From Adineta vaga (taxonomy: Eukaryota; Animalia; Rotifera): a DNA stretch of 64,000 nt. Position 1 is the first letter of the stretch, and each line of letters opens with the position of its first letter. Made by a program: the position numbers and the translations under genes. The stretch is from assembly GCA_021613535.1 (NCBI GenBank), contig CP075492.1, positions 15,190,001 to 15,254,000 on the forward strand. Reading direction: 5' to 3'. Of the stretch, positions 39,329 through 51,728 are shown piece by piece. The notes beneath the pieces were generated by a model. That model was not told where the DNA came from and did not search any database. It worked only from the letters and a program-made list of their open reading frames with translations.

Positions 39329-40092
39329 ATGTCCGTTTATACTGTTGAATCGGGTGATACTTTATGGGGAATTTCGAAAAAAATTGGATGCACTCTCGAA
39401 GCCATCGTAAGCGCTAATCCAGGCGTTGTTCCAGAACAACTTCAAATTGGGCAAGTCATACGATTACCTGGAGGACCATCGAACTCATCTCAAAACACAT
39501 CTCCAAATGGACGACTTGATACAACATTGAATTCGAAAGTGCCTCTTTGGCTTGAAAAACTTCGCAACGCAATCAATGCAGCATCCAAGCAACCAATGTT
39601 CCGGCTGATTTAATTGCTGCCGTCATTTATCAAGAATCTGGTGGCGATCCAAACGTACAAACATGGAATCCAAATGGTGGTGCTGATTCAAGTCTAATGC
39701 AAGTCAATCAATATACAGCAGATGAACTGGAAAGAAAATACCCTGACCGATTCAGAAATGTGTATGGTCTTAGTAAAAATGTGATGTTAGGTGCTAGTTA
39801 TCTCCGAGATATGTACGATACAGTCGGCGATCGTAGTTGGGGTATAACTCTTCGTGCATACAATTCAGGTCCGAATGGTATTGATAAGAATAACTTACGT
39901 GCAACACCAGCTGGTACGGGCGATAGAACATATGTCGATAAAGTACTTCGATTCTGGAGTGACATATCAGAAGGTAGAGATCTTCCAGTCGATCATTATG
40001 AATCCACTTTGGGCGAGGATTTTGATTATTCCATGATACATCTACTCGAACAGTTTAAATACTCAAACACTCCTTTTATTTATTTTATTTAA
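39329..40092 (+). CDS. LysM plus soluble lytic transglycosylase (SLT/GH23) fusion; apparent frameshift at about 39587
   Basis: YTVESGDTLWGIS...ANPG...LQIGQVIRLP (LysM). LIAAVIYQESGG, SLMQV, GASYL and AYNSG...YVDKV (SLT motifs) lie in the next frame. Confidence 0.85.
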
Positions 40093-40411
40093 TCGCATTT
40101 TATTTTATAATTCATTCGATCTATTTGAGGGTAGTTACGATTGATATACGTCGATGAGAAAAAAATCATTTAACGTTGTACAACGAACAAAAATTGAAAT
40201 AAAGAGAGAAACTTATTTTCCTTTGTCTCACCTTCAACAAACTCAACAGTTGGAAGATTCCAAAATAGGTGTATCGTCATCCATTTTATGTTGGTTTTTT
40301 CTCGTCTCCGTTCTCTCGTTAAGCAAAATATGACTTGAGTGAATCACTAAAGCAATAGAAGTAAATATAAAAGAACGACGCAATTGATTTCTACTTTCAG
40401 TTCTTGATAAA

Positions 40412-40657
40412 ATGCGCGTCTTTGTGAAGAACCTCGATGGAAATATCTGCAGCATTGAAATCGAACAATCAGAGCGTTTTGATAGTATTATGACGAAGAT
40501 TGAAGAAAAGACTGGGATAGGTTTTTATAATCAGCGATTAATTTACGAGGGCAAAAGGATTGGTGATTGGAACTATGTGAGTGACTTTAGCATTCGGGAG
40601 GGAAGCACAATCAATATCTCACACCGTGGTTCTATGGAACGTCCTTCTCAATCATAA
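40412..40657 (+). CDS. Ubiquitin-like protein without C-terminal diglycine
   Basis: MRVFVKNLDG...IEEKTGI...QRLIYEGK...DFSIREGSTI; ends HRGSMERPSQS. Confidence 0.8.
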   Translation: MRVFVKNLDGNICSIEIEQSERFDSIMTKIEEKTGIGFYNQRLIYEGKRIGDWNYVSDFSIREGSTINISHRGSMERPSQS

Positions 40658-40804
40658 AAATAATTAAATCAATTTCTTTATATTATTCTTTTTTTTTGTA
40701 ATGAGTAAATATTCGATGATTGTCTGTGATATTGGTGTAACTGTCAATGTAGTTCTTCTTCTATTTCTGTCACGATCACCCACAGCCTCATATTCACAAT
40801 TTTA

Positions 40805-42533
40805 TTATATTTTTCGTTGAAAAGTTATTATTTTGCGTGTATGTTCAGTTGTATACTTATGTCGACCGGTATTCACTATTTTCCATAATTTTTCAATCGT
40901 TTCGCCTCGTATTGACGGAATTGATAAACATAATAGATTAAGATATTTAATGAATTTTGCATTGGTTTTGAACATAAACTGAATAAGTAATTCGAGGTTG
41001 ATATTATCCACACAATTGATTATTAAATATTGTACAAATGGACATAGATAATGAGCAAGTTGAATTTGTTCAACTTCAGATATGGAATCAAGATAAACTT
41101 TTGTAATACTTTGATTTTTTTGTGACAAACGTATTATTTGTCGTTTATCTGTAAGCCAATTTTCTTTTTCCGGCACTGGTAAACATGACATTCTCAGGAA
41201 TTTTAGATAAGATAATTTATGTATTAGTTTGGTTAATATTGATGTAGATAGTTTGCTACAATCAACATCAAGATGCGTAATTTTAAATGCCATTAAAAAT
41301 ATATCTATTCTCTTCATAAATAACTTATTTAATGATTCAGATAAATGAATTGTTAATATAAGTTGAATTTGTGGATCACATTTGACAACATCTTCATTGA
41401 CGTAGCAAGAATAATAAGTCTTACATTCTTCTAATTCCGAGCATTGTTTTCTAGAAGCAAAAAGGAAAAGAAACAGATTTGTTTTCAAAGTAATTCATTC
41501 GTTCATACCTGTATGGATTGACTGAATAGATTATTTCCAAATTAGCAAACCTAATATCAAATATCCATTGTCGTTGAAGCCAAAATTGACAAGTAAATTG
41601 ATTGGTCAGTCGATGATTAGAAGTCAACATATAATTCTCATCATAATATTCATGATATTCAAAATAAAACTTTCTTAATAGTAACATATTCGTTGAAATT
41701 AATTGTTCCCATCGATTTGCATTCAAATATGATGAATCATTGAATGTAACAATCTTCAATATTTGTAATTTTGAAGAAATTCTTTGAATAAATATTTCGA
41801 AATCATCGAATGTCATCAGACATTGTTGCACGGACAAATATATCAAATCAGACATCGTTATTGACTGAGACGTGTAAAAGAGACCCCATGACTTGTTTAC
41901 AGATTTCCTACAAGTTAAATGACTAAGATAAGGTGTGGAAGAAAGAATAGTTAATATATCATGATCTGTACAAGGATGATCGATAATTAAATATTTGATT
42001 GAACTCGTTTGTAAAATTGGTTCAAACAATGATAAAAACAAGCAATTTGCTTGTTGCAATGACGAAACTTTGAGAGAGCGCAATGATGGTAAACCAAAAC
42101 TTACGGCATAGATCTTCATAAGATCATTTTCATCATCTTCAGAATGAACAATCAATTGTCGAAGACTAGATACAAGTGATAAATCTCGAAGAAGTTGAAG
42201 AAGTTGATCTGTTCGAATGAATTGAACGTTGAGCGATTCGAGTTGGTCAAATAATGAATCGATTGGATAAATGGTAAAAAATTGATGAATGATGCAATCA
42301 CCAGATAAATAGAGTGAACGTATTTGTTTTTTACACGGTAAAATAATTTGTTCGGATTTGAATTTGGTTTGAGTAGAGAGTTTTACTTTCATTGTTAAAG
42401 ATGGTTCTATGAGAAATCGTTGAAAACGAATGTTCAAATTGAAAAATGATTTTAATATATCACAACCATCAAGATAATGAAAAATTTCCAAGAAAATTTC
42501 ATTTGACAAATCTTCAATAAGAGTTATAGTCAT
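40805..42533 (-). CDS. F-box plus leucine-rich repeat protein, 2 exons
   Basis: IEDLSNEIFLEIFHYLD...SFFNLNIRF and YLNANRWEQLI. The intron at 41508-41451 joins in frame. Confidence 0.85.
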
Positions 42534-43233
42534 AGTGTGTCGAAATAAGCAGTGTTTTTCTTCCTACATACTCAGCGAAAGTGGATGATTACAATTCTGT
42601 CGCTACTTATATTCGAGAATAATTTTTAGAACTGAAATCATAATCTTTTTCTTCCAGTACTTTCGTCATAACTATGAAACATTGCTAATAAAATGTCATC
42701 ATACGTTTTTCTTCCGTTCTTTTTCATAACTGGCGTTTTCCTCGCAATTATATAAATGATGCAATCTTAAACAATTTAAATGAATAATGAACAGTTCCAT
42801 ATTAGGACGCAATAAATTGGTTATCTATATAAGATTCACTAGTCGATTTCATGTGAATATCATCTTTGGAAAAGTTTTTGTCTTTCTTGTCTTCTGTATA
42901 TTTGTAGATGATGTAATCAAATAGTTTTTTTTCTCATTCTTTATTTATGCTTAACGCAATACATGTCATTTTTTTTAAATAATTTATATTTTGCTTTTAT
43001 CTCATATCGGAGAAGAAAGAAAAAAACCTAGAACAGAATCTTTTCAACATTCATCTTTCTAATTGGAAAATGAATCTGTCTTGTATACATTATTTAGTGT
43101 AGTATTTTGTGTGCCGGTAAAGATAATTCCACACCATCATACATCCCTATTCTAAAGATTGAACTATGAAGTTCAAACATATAGATCGATAGATCAGTCG
43201 TTTTGTGAAAATTGGTAATAATTTAGGAATTTT

Positions 43234-44199
43234 TTACGATTTAGGAGGAATAGTTCTCATTCGAACAGTATTGATGGATTGAACTTGGATAGTTTTGCAC
43301 AAGAACAGCTTGGACCAAATGTCAGAAAGTGAATAGAGACACATAAATGGCATGAGAATTGTCGAAAATCGAATTAGTAGAGTGAAGTAAGCGATTTGTA
43401 TAGAAGCAGCAAAAGTTGGTAGACAAGAATTTTGCACAATCCCGACAATGAACGATGGTGAAGTCAGACTCAAAAACAGACTTGCAAGAGTTAACAACTG
43501 AATGAACATCCGACGATGTCGACGCCAGTTGAGTAGATTGTTTTGTACTCGTCGCTTTTGCTTCAATACTCGTACTATTAACATCAAGGTAAAACTCGTC
43601 AGGATAGACACAGGAATGAAATTATGTGCGATTCGAAAAAAGAGTGCTACAGATGGAATTCTCAATGCACAAACATATCCACAAAACAACGACTGCATGT
43701 TGAATTGATGTGTACATGGATAAAGAAGGACAATCACGACATTTGACGAAATTGGATAAATACCTGCCATTAGGAAAACAGGCATATAGTGGAACAATAG
43801 TCGACCACGACTAGTAGTGAATAATGACGAGCGAAAGATGAGTAAATGTCTTTCCATTGAACTCCAAGCCATTGTCCAATAAATCGAAGTAGTACATAGA
43901 GCATTGAAAAAGTTCCAAGAAATACACATTGCATTGGTTGCTGGTGTCGCACGACCGGTACGTAGGTAATTCAACGTAAATGGATGACTTAGAAACGAAT
44001 CAAATATTGAGATAATCAGTAGTGCCAATAGTGTATGATTATAAAGAGTTAAACGAAGTCTTCGATTCAATACGAGATGAGTGAGTGTAAAGATAGAGCA
44101 AATGATCGATGGAATGTGAAAGATTTGCATAATGATATATTTGATTTGATTGGATGGATCAACATTCATCACGTTGTTGGATAATGTTGTATTGGACAT
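43234..44199 (-). CDS. Orphan class-A GPCR (twin 1), intronless
   Basis: 7TM; LYNHTLL, CISWNF and AWSSMERHLLIF. Confidence 0.9.
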   Translation of the reverse strand: MSNTTLSNNVMNVDPSNQIKYIIMQIFHIPSIICSIFTLTHLVLNRRLRLTLYNHTLLALLIISIFDSFLSHPFTLNYLRTGRATPATNAMCISWNFFNALCTTSIYWTMAWSSMERHLLIFRSSLFTTSRGRLLFHYMPVFLMAGIYPISSNVVIVLLYPCTHQFNMQSLFCGYVCALRIPSVALFFRIAHNFIPVSILTSFTLMLIVRVLKQKRRVQNNLLNWRRHRRMFIQLLTLASLFLSLTSPSFIVGIVQNSCLPTFAASIQIAYFTLLIRFSTILMPFMCLYSLSDIWSKLFLCKTIQVQSINTVRMRTIPPKS

Positions 44200-45203
44200 T
44201 GATGAACACAGAGAATGTGAAACTTTATATGAAGTGAAAAGAAAAATAGAATTTAAATTTAAGAGTAGTATGAGTCGTCAATCTTTATCTATGAAATGAG
44301 ATCATAGAACAATTCGAATAGTATCACTAACAAGAAAATGAATTCACTGAAATAAAACCCACACCCATGAAAGGGAAAACATTAATTTTCTGCAACTTAT
44401 TAAGCTTGTCAAAAAATGGAAGTTTATCTAGGTAATATAGAAAGAGAGAGAAAAAGGAAAGCTGGAGTTAATCGTAACTGAAAGTGAATGTGAATATGTT
44501 TGAGATCTCATTTTATAAACAATGCAGACGACTTAGTGTCAAATTCACTTTAATATTAAACGACATACAAAGCCAAAAGGTAATTAAGACGATGCCAAAG
44601 ACAGTTATTTTATAAACCAATATAGTTCCTTATTTTTTTAATGAATAGACGATGAATATCCTTCTTGTCGCACTTTTAGTTTGGAAAAACAAAGGGTTGG
44701 TGTGAGTACGCATTACACTTCATTTTTTATTTCCAGATAGTTATTACATTATATAAGTTCTTACGAAATTCAATTAACAATATGTATTAAAGACTTTAAT
44801 GGCAATGACAAACGTTCGAAATAGAATCAATATTCAAAAATGCAGATGTTTAGGAAAGAAATTGATTTCTAAAGAGAAAGTCATGAAGACTTATTCTCTT
44901 TTTATTAATTATTTCTATAAAAGAAGAAAAAAGAACTTCTTGTTTTTCTATTAACTTAATCTCAAAATTTTTATTTTACACATCAATCATGCAATTGAAC
45001 GATGAAGATGAATATGTGCGGATTTGTCACTAAAACAAGAACACAAATTGAGATCCAATTCATCCAGAAGATTCTTTTATAATACACGTCGCAATTATGC
45101 AGAGCAGTGTACGTTTTAAATGAAATACGACAATATATATTCAGACATTATTTTTTTATTTTTTAATGAAAAAATATATAATGCTAAATATTTCGTGAAT
45201 AGA

Positions 45204-46677
45204 TCACTGTGGAACTAGATCGAAAGTTTCCCATATACTTGGAGAGTTTCGATTTGCAATAATTGCACTGTTTCCGAAATTATCAGCACAGACATACTTT
45301 CCATTCACTGCAATAAAACCTACTTTTCCGTCACCACGATTAGCCATTTGAAAAGTTTCCCATGAATGAATGCAAGTGCGATTAGCGATCAAAGCTTCGT
45401 TTCCTCCTTTTTCAGCACAGACGTATCGTCCATTTGCATGTGATCTTAGTGCAATATTCTTTCCACCAAGAGCAATAAGATCGAACTTTTCCCAATCGGA
45501 AACAGTTTTTCCATTGGCTATCAAAGGAATTTTTCCAGTCTTATCAGCAGAAACGAAGTTACCATTAGCATTCGATCGAAGTGCAACAACTTTGGCAGTA
45601 GTTGTAGGCGTTCTACTTATCTCACTATTTCCAGTAGACATTTCATAAAATCGAATCCATTCAACTTCCATTCTTTTCGGAAAGATGTCTTCATCAATAC
45701 CATGTTGTCCTCCCCTACGAGAAGAAAATACAATCATAGTTTTCACATTTATCAAAGAATCATATGATTATACCTACCAAGAACCACCGACTGCAATGTT
45801 CAGAACGATGAAAAAGTTCTTATCAAATGGCCTGTCAGAGATATCAATCAATGAACATAACAGATTGGTAAAATCTCTCAAATCTTACCATCCTTCCCAC
45901 CCGTGATTCCCTTTGTCCCAAACAAGAATTCTTTGTTCGAATGGATTAGAATCGTGACCAACAAACATTTCCAGTCGATTCGGAGTCCAATTCAAAGTAT
46001 AGATTTTGAAATCAGTGCAAGCATCTGAAACATGGACACCATTTGTAGGTTGTGTATGTTTCATGTGATTGAATACAGCTGTATGTACACTGGAAGCAAT
46101 TTTAGTTGGATCATAACCCACTTGTTCCATAACATTGATTTCTCCATTATCAGGCCAATATGCATTCCCATAGGATTTGATTTGAGGAAGCTAAATACTT
46201 ATGGTATGATAAACTATAGCACATAGTCGAATGAAGACATACTCACCATCCCAATGGCTGACCAAAGACCTCGACCAGATGGTAGTTTTGCTTTTGTCTA
46301 GAGAAAAAAGAAAGAAAATGAAAAGAAAATGAGGTTAGAAAATGTACTTGTAGACGTCCATAAGTCCAAGACCATTTTGATTTTAGTCGAGCTGATGTGA
46401 ATTGTTGACCTCGGAAATATTCGCGATGTGCTTCTATAATCAGTCGTTGATTTTCACATCGAACATTTTGAGTTCGACCAGTGTAAAATTGTGCTTGTTG
46501 ACTGCCTAGGAAATTTTATATGAGTTCATAAATGAATATATAAGATGATGGATGAATATAGTTCTCACCCCATCCATTGTTTCCAGTACCAATGTCAAAA
46601 TCCCATTTGTTTCGATCAACAGGGCCGTTTTGGGAGAAATTGTCTTCCCAAACGAGACGGTATCCTTCCTTAGACAT
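45204..46677 (-). CDS. GH16 plus fascin-like protein, inverted paralog with altered catalytic motif (EINVME), 6 exons
   Basis: Reverse-complement copy of 37697-39168, introns included. Reads GEINVMEQ and SAIGM in place of GEIDIMEQ and SAIWM. Confidence 0.9.
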
Positions 46678-46951
46678 TATCTTTCTATAGGAATTTTACA
46701 AAAATCTAAAATTGAAGTTAAAACAAGAGTCCTTTACACTTATAAACTAGAATGGAGTCGTCCTCTTTTTGGCGTTTTCGTTCTTATCAAATTTTGGTTA
46801 TAAGATTACAAAATTCTCATTTTTTGCTTCGATTTCACGCATACGTTTGCGATAACAAAGTGATGAAAAATTATCAGCTCTTGCAAACACTCTATTCTCT
46901 GTTTATTTGAATCAAAAACATCTGTGACAAAGGTAAGTTTCAAATCAGAAA

Positions 46952-49948
46952 TTAATCAGTCCAATGAACTGATTGACCAGCTTTTAAATCAACACTTCCT
47001 GGATATGTTGAATTATCAACCGAGAGAACATTCAATGATAAATTTCCAATCGATAATGTGAATGTAAAAGATCGTTGTCCATTTGACATTGAAATCACAC
47101 TTAATGATCCTAATGTTTTTGGAATTAAAACTGGAATTCTATATGGTATCGATAATTTCGGTGAAAAAGTCAATATTCCATTCGATAAATCAACATATTG
47201 CCCTGATAATGCAAATGGTAAATGCCAAAATACCATATGAAAACCATAATGTGATGTAACCCAAGGTTTTCCTCCTACACCATAACCATCACCAGCATAT
47301 ATTCCATGTGTATTCCATTGATCATTTAATATTTGTCGAACATGATTTAAACCTTTTTCCGATTGAACTAATGCACTCTGTGGATTCATATTAAACCAAA
47401 GATTTAATACTGACCAATCTTGTGATGCACCCATCCATATAGAATTATCTTGTGCATTCGTCAATGGTTCACGTCCAGTTAACATTCTCAAACCATATGA
47501 TGTATCTGCTAATCTGACTTCACTTTCTAAATGTTTTTGCATTGTTGATATATTATAAAGACTACCTAATCCATATGTATATGCTAATACTTGACCATAC
47601 AATGCATCGGTAAATATTGCTTTCTCACCTTGTCCACCTGTATATGCTAAGAAATATCCCGTATCTAAAGTTTCATTATACCATAATAATTTATCAATTT
47701 GTTTTCCTGCAATAATATACGCTTCATAACATTGATTGTAGGTTGTTGTATCGCGCATAATTTTCGTTAATTCCATACATGCACGCAGAACTGCTAGATG
47801 CATAAATGAATTAAATGTTGTCGTTGGATATTGACTTAAATTTGGTATATCATAAGTACATTCAAGATTTTCCGGTAATCCCAAACTTGATGAAACACTC
47901 AATTGCCATTGTATACCGGCAATAACATGTGAATACATATCATTTAAAAACTTCGAATCATTTGTCCATCGATATAATTCAAGTGTTTCTAAAATAAATA
48001 TTGATGTGACATCAGCCATTCTTCTTCCACCGTGTGTATCATAAGGAACAGTATCTCCTAAACAACCAACAGTGAATGTTTCTTGTATCATTCCATCTGT
48101 TTGTTGATATTTTGCCCATTGATACATTTTAATCTTTTCCGTTTCAGGAAAATAAAGTATATAAGGTAAATGACGTTGATGATCATTATGTACACTATCA
48201 ACATCATTACAATCATAAGCTTCCCATTGTCGCCAATCACCATTTGCAAAATACATTGCACTACGCATATGTGACACACTATTAATCAATGAATCAATTA
48301 AATAATCAGATAAACTTGAATTTGTATAGATATTATGTAAAGTTAAAATATCATTTAAAACATTCTCTAATGGATGATCATCCGTTTGATCAATTCCGAC
48401 TGCTTTTGCTACATCAGTAATATTATTAAATAGCAGAGAATAATAATTATCTAAAGGTAAATCTAACCAATAATGATGTGGAAAATACCAAGCAAATAAG
48501 ATTGATAATGTTTGTTTTTCTCCTGGCTGTAAAATTGTTGAGAGAGAAACAGCACCATGAACAGCATTAGCTTGTTTAATTTCTGTTCGATCAAACCAAC
48601 CACCATTTTTAACAAATTGATTTAATAAATTTTCAATATCATTATCTACTGTTGCTGACATTGACCGGTTCGACGATAAATAAGGACATAGTAAGAATTG
48701 ACCGTTTGCAGTAGCATTTCCAGGACGATCTAAGATTAATGGGCCTGTTCGATTAAATGACCATCGACCACGTACACCACTGATATGCCCATTTAAATAT
48801 TCATTGTAAGGAACATCATCATATAATAAACAGGTTGGATTATCATTGATCATTTGCCAATTCCAAGATGCACATGATGGATTATCATTACAAGCAACAA
48901 TACAATCTGTATAATTCGCAAGAGATATCTGTTGAATTGTACGATTCGATTGTCTTGTTTGATCAATTTGAGCGGATAATGGTAGAGTAGACATAAAATC
49001 AATAGAAATTGGATATGTATTTGGATTATATACATTCAATGAGAAAATAATGGCTGGGATCATTGAACGATTTAAATCACCTACTCTAAATACTGAATAA
49101 GCATAGAGATCAATCTTTGCTTTTAATGACTCATCAACTAATTCTAATTTACTGACTGGATATGAACCATGATAGTTTATAGTTGAAATACCTTTAATAT
49201 TGTAATTGGGATGTGTACGTATCAATCGAGCATCACTTTCTTTTGTATTTAAATTCGTTATTCGTAAAGCTAATAAAGCATCATTGAGAAAACCTAATTT
49301 TGCTCCCGTTGCTGGTGATTGATTTTCAATAGTCCATTCATGAAATGTTCCATCGCCACGTAATTCAATTGAACCTGTAGTAATACCACCTAATGGTACA
49401 GCTGATCTCAATCCAGACGGAGGATGTAGAAATGGAAATGTACGATTCATCACAGCAGATATGATTGATGGATTATGAACAGATTGTGGAGTATAGGCTT
49501 TAAGATAGCAACATGCTTTTCCTTGGTGACAACCGTTATAATCTGATGGTGCAGATGATGCATAAGACCATGCAACACATGACATATAATGACAACATAA
49601 TATGTTACATTGAGATGGATCTGCTACCGATGGGATTATTGATAGAAAATCGGCACCTGGTAAATCTGTTTCAGTTAATATTGGATTTGAATCACATTGC
49701 AATGGTTGTTTTGGATCTCGTTGATATAAATAGGGTCGACTATATAATTCCATCCAAGAAAATCGTTGTCTTGTAACATTTTCAGGTTCTGTATACAATG
49801 CATATTCATATTGATATTCGTAAATATCAGAATTTGATATTGAACCTTCATTGAAGAATTTCAATGAATTTAATAAGTCATAGATATTTTGACAATCAAT
49901 TAGTTGAATAATGAAAGTCGTAAAAAGTAAACTGAATAAATATTTCAT
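46952..49948 (-). CDS. Secreted GH116 (GBA2-like beta-glycosidase) with two PAN/apple-like domains, intronless, 998 aa
   Basis: Signal peptide; [18 protein letters not shown] (GH116 N-terminus); QWEAYDC, ECTYD and DALYGQ. PAN-like TDLPGAD..C...CC....CVAW...CYLK and C...[14 protein letters not shown]. Confidence 0.85.
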   Translation of the reverse strand: MKYLFSLLFTTFIIQLIDCQNIYDLLNSLKFFNEGSISNSDIYEYQYEYALYTEPENVTRQRFSWMELYSRPYLYQRDPKQPLQCDSNPILTETDLPGADFLSIIPSVADPSQCNILCCHYMSCVAWSYASSAPSDYNGCHQGKACCYLKAYTPQSVHNPSIISAVMNRTFPFLHPPSGLRSAVPLGGITTGSIELRGDGTFHEWTIENQSPATGAKLGFLNDALLALRITNLNTKESDARLIRTHPNYNIKGISTINYHGSYPVSKLELVDESLKAKIDLYAYSVFRVGDLNRSMIPAIIFSLNVYNPNTYPISIDFMSTLPLSAQIDQTRQSNRTIQQISLANYTDCIVACNDNPSCASWNWQMINDNPTCLLYDDVPYNEYLNGHISGVRGRWSFNRTGPLILDRPGNATANGQFLLCPYLSSNRSMSATVDNDIENLLNQFVKNGGWFDRTEIKQANAVHGAVSLSTILQPGEKQTLSILFAWYFPHHYWLDLPLDNYYSLLFNNITDVAKAVGIDQTDDHPLENVLNDILTLHNIYTNSSLSDYLIDSLINSVSHMRSAMYFANGDWRQWEAYDCNDVDSVHNDHQRHLPYILYFPETEKIKMYQWAKYQQTDGMIQETFTVGCLGDTVPYDTHGGRRMADVTSIFILETLELYRWTNDSKFLNDMYSHVIAGIQWQLSVSSSLGLPENLECTYDIPNLSQYPTTTFNSFMHLAVLRACMELTKIMRDTTTYNQCYEAYIIAGKQIDKLLWYNETLDTGYFLAYTGGQGEKAIFTDALYGQVLAYTYGLGSLYNISTMQKHLESEVRLADTSYGLRMLTGREPLTNAQDNSIWMGASQDWSVLNLWFNMNPQSALVQSEKGLNHVRQILNDQWNTHGIYAGDGYGVGGKPWVTSHYGFHMVFWHLPFALSGQYVDLSNGILTFSPKLSIPYRIPVLIPKTLGSLSVISMSNGQRSFTFTLSIGNLSLNVLSVDNSTYPGSVDLKAGQSVHWTD

Positions 49949-50577
49949 TATTCAATTTTCTAAAAAATACAAAAAAAAGAAAGAATAATAACAAAGTCTA
50001 CGACAACTAAAATTTTGCTATTTATCATCATCGTCACTTATCTCGACGATGGGTGTGTGTTTCACTTTCAGTATGAGAGCCTTGAATATCTTTCATCATC
50101 TTATCGGACATGTTGTCTCTCTTTATAGAGAATTTATCACGAAAGAAAAGAATTCGGCTCAAATGTTTCAATTGATCTGTCATAGTATAGTCATTTTCTT
50201 TTTTCATTCTGTTATATACTGTAGAATAAATGAGCTAGAATCAAAATCTAATTTATACTTTTTGATGATGATGCCGGGGTTAACATTAATCGGAGACTAA
50301 ACGAATGACCTCGATCAACGTTATGTATACTCAAGATTGGATGTAATCTAAATCAGATGACATATTAATTGGTTTTGCTTGATATTTTCATTTAAAATAA
50401 ATTTGATTTCGTATACATTCATAATCAACCAAATATTTACATGTAGAACCACTCGTACTTTTTTACGTTTATATATATATATATATATATGAATAAAAAA
50501 CGAAAACAAAAGAAATTGCCTTTTGACTGTCATTATTGTTGTTGGGATTTTGTCACTCTGATAATCCACATTTTTTT

Positions 50578-50990
50578 CTACAAGTCTTGTCCACATCCAA
50601 AGGATAAGCGGGAATTGTCTTTTTCAAATTCTCGATAGAATCTTCGGATTGACCGGAACATGTTTAAACTAAGTGTCAATAGACCAGGATCTTCGTCGTT
50701 ATAAGCCACAATCTGCATGAAAGGAGAACAATCCAAATTCTGTACGAAATGAATAACACCTCGAGGAATTGCAACAGCATATCCAATTGTTATTTGATTG
50801 AGAACTACTTCTGCACGATTTTCTTGAATGAAACCGACTAAAAGTGATATTCCCGTGATACTGTAAAACACTTTTTGAACCACGTGGATGTATATGAGGC
50901 AAGATGATACCATAGAGTTCTAACATCACTAATGTGAAAGCAGTACCTAAACATGTTCTTCAAAATTGTTCTTTTTTTGACTTTTGTGTC
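50578..50990 (-). pseudogene. Germin/spherulin-like cupin relic
   Basis: Box 1 GIILPHIHPRGSK (Glu ligand lost) and box 2 IPRGVIHFVQNL.C lie in different frames; EDPG follows. Confidence 0.7.
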
Positions 50991-51044
50991 ATTAACCAAA
51001 TGGTCACATGATATAATCAATATGTACAAACAAATGATTTAGAA

Positions 51045-51250
51045 TTGAAAAGTTCAGTCAAAGATATTGTAACATCATATGCAAAGTTCGGTAGTGTTTA
51101 TTTTCCAGCTGGAAGTTATATAATTGATGTTGAAGTACAAACATTTGGTGGAATTAATATTTATTTCCGTGAATTATTTATTAAAATGACTGAATATGAT
51201 TCATTATCAACAACTAATTTACATACTATGGACTATGGAAACATTAAAAC
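51045..51250 (+). pseudogene. Possible GH55/pectate-lyase-3-like beta-helix relic
   Basis: Only the motif VYFPAGSYII, in a short ORF. Confidence 0.3.
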
Positions 51251-51728
51251 GTTTTTATTTATTAAATTATATTTTCATTCGAGCTATTGTAATTTGAAAA
51301 TAAATAAAGCGTACGAATAGCGTACAAGTAAAAGTAAAGATCAGCAACAAAGTAGCAATCAGATGATACAAAATAGAATAATCAATTATATTTGACACTC
51401 ATTTAACCATGTTATGTCGTTTATAAGAAATTTTGATTAATCCCAAGGTTTTGTTAAGCTTCTAATCATCTACATGAAACTTTCATAAGACTTTGTTCAC
51501 AGATGTATTTTGTAACGAGTTTTTTTTGCAGTTAAGAAAAAGGAACAAATTTTTAATTAAAGAGTTTATGTCATCAGAAGCTCCTACATGGATATTATTT
51601 CAGAACATCAAGTTTCTTGCTCAAGATACTATTTCAGCTATTCTATAAATTTTACGCCATTCTCAGATAAAAATTCTATTCTTTTTCTTTTCAGTTTACA
51701 TAAACTTTCACATTCTTCGTATTCATCA

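Noticed and set aside
39580-39615. Programmed ribosomal frameshift in LysM-SLT
   Set aside because: There is no X XXY YYZ slippery heptamer at the site; a homopolymer error is the simpler explanation.
27130-40092. Bacterial contamination as the source of ppaC, GH16 and LysM-SLT
   Set aside because: ppaC and GH16 have spliceosomal introns, and all three match host base composition and sit among metazoan-type genes.
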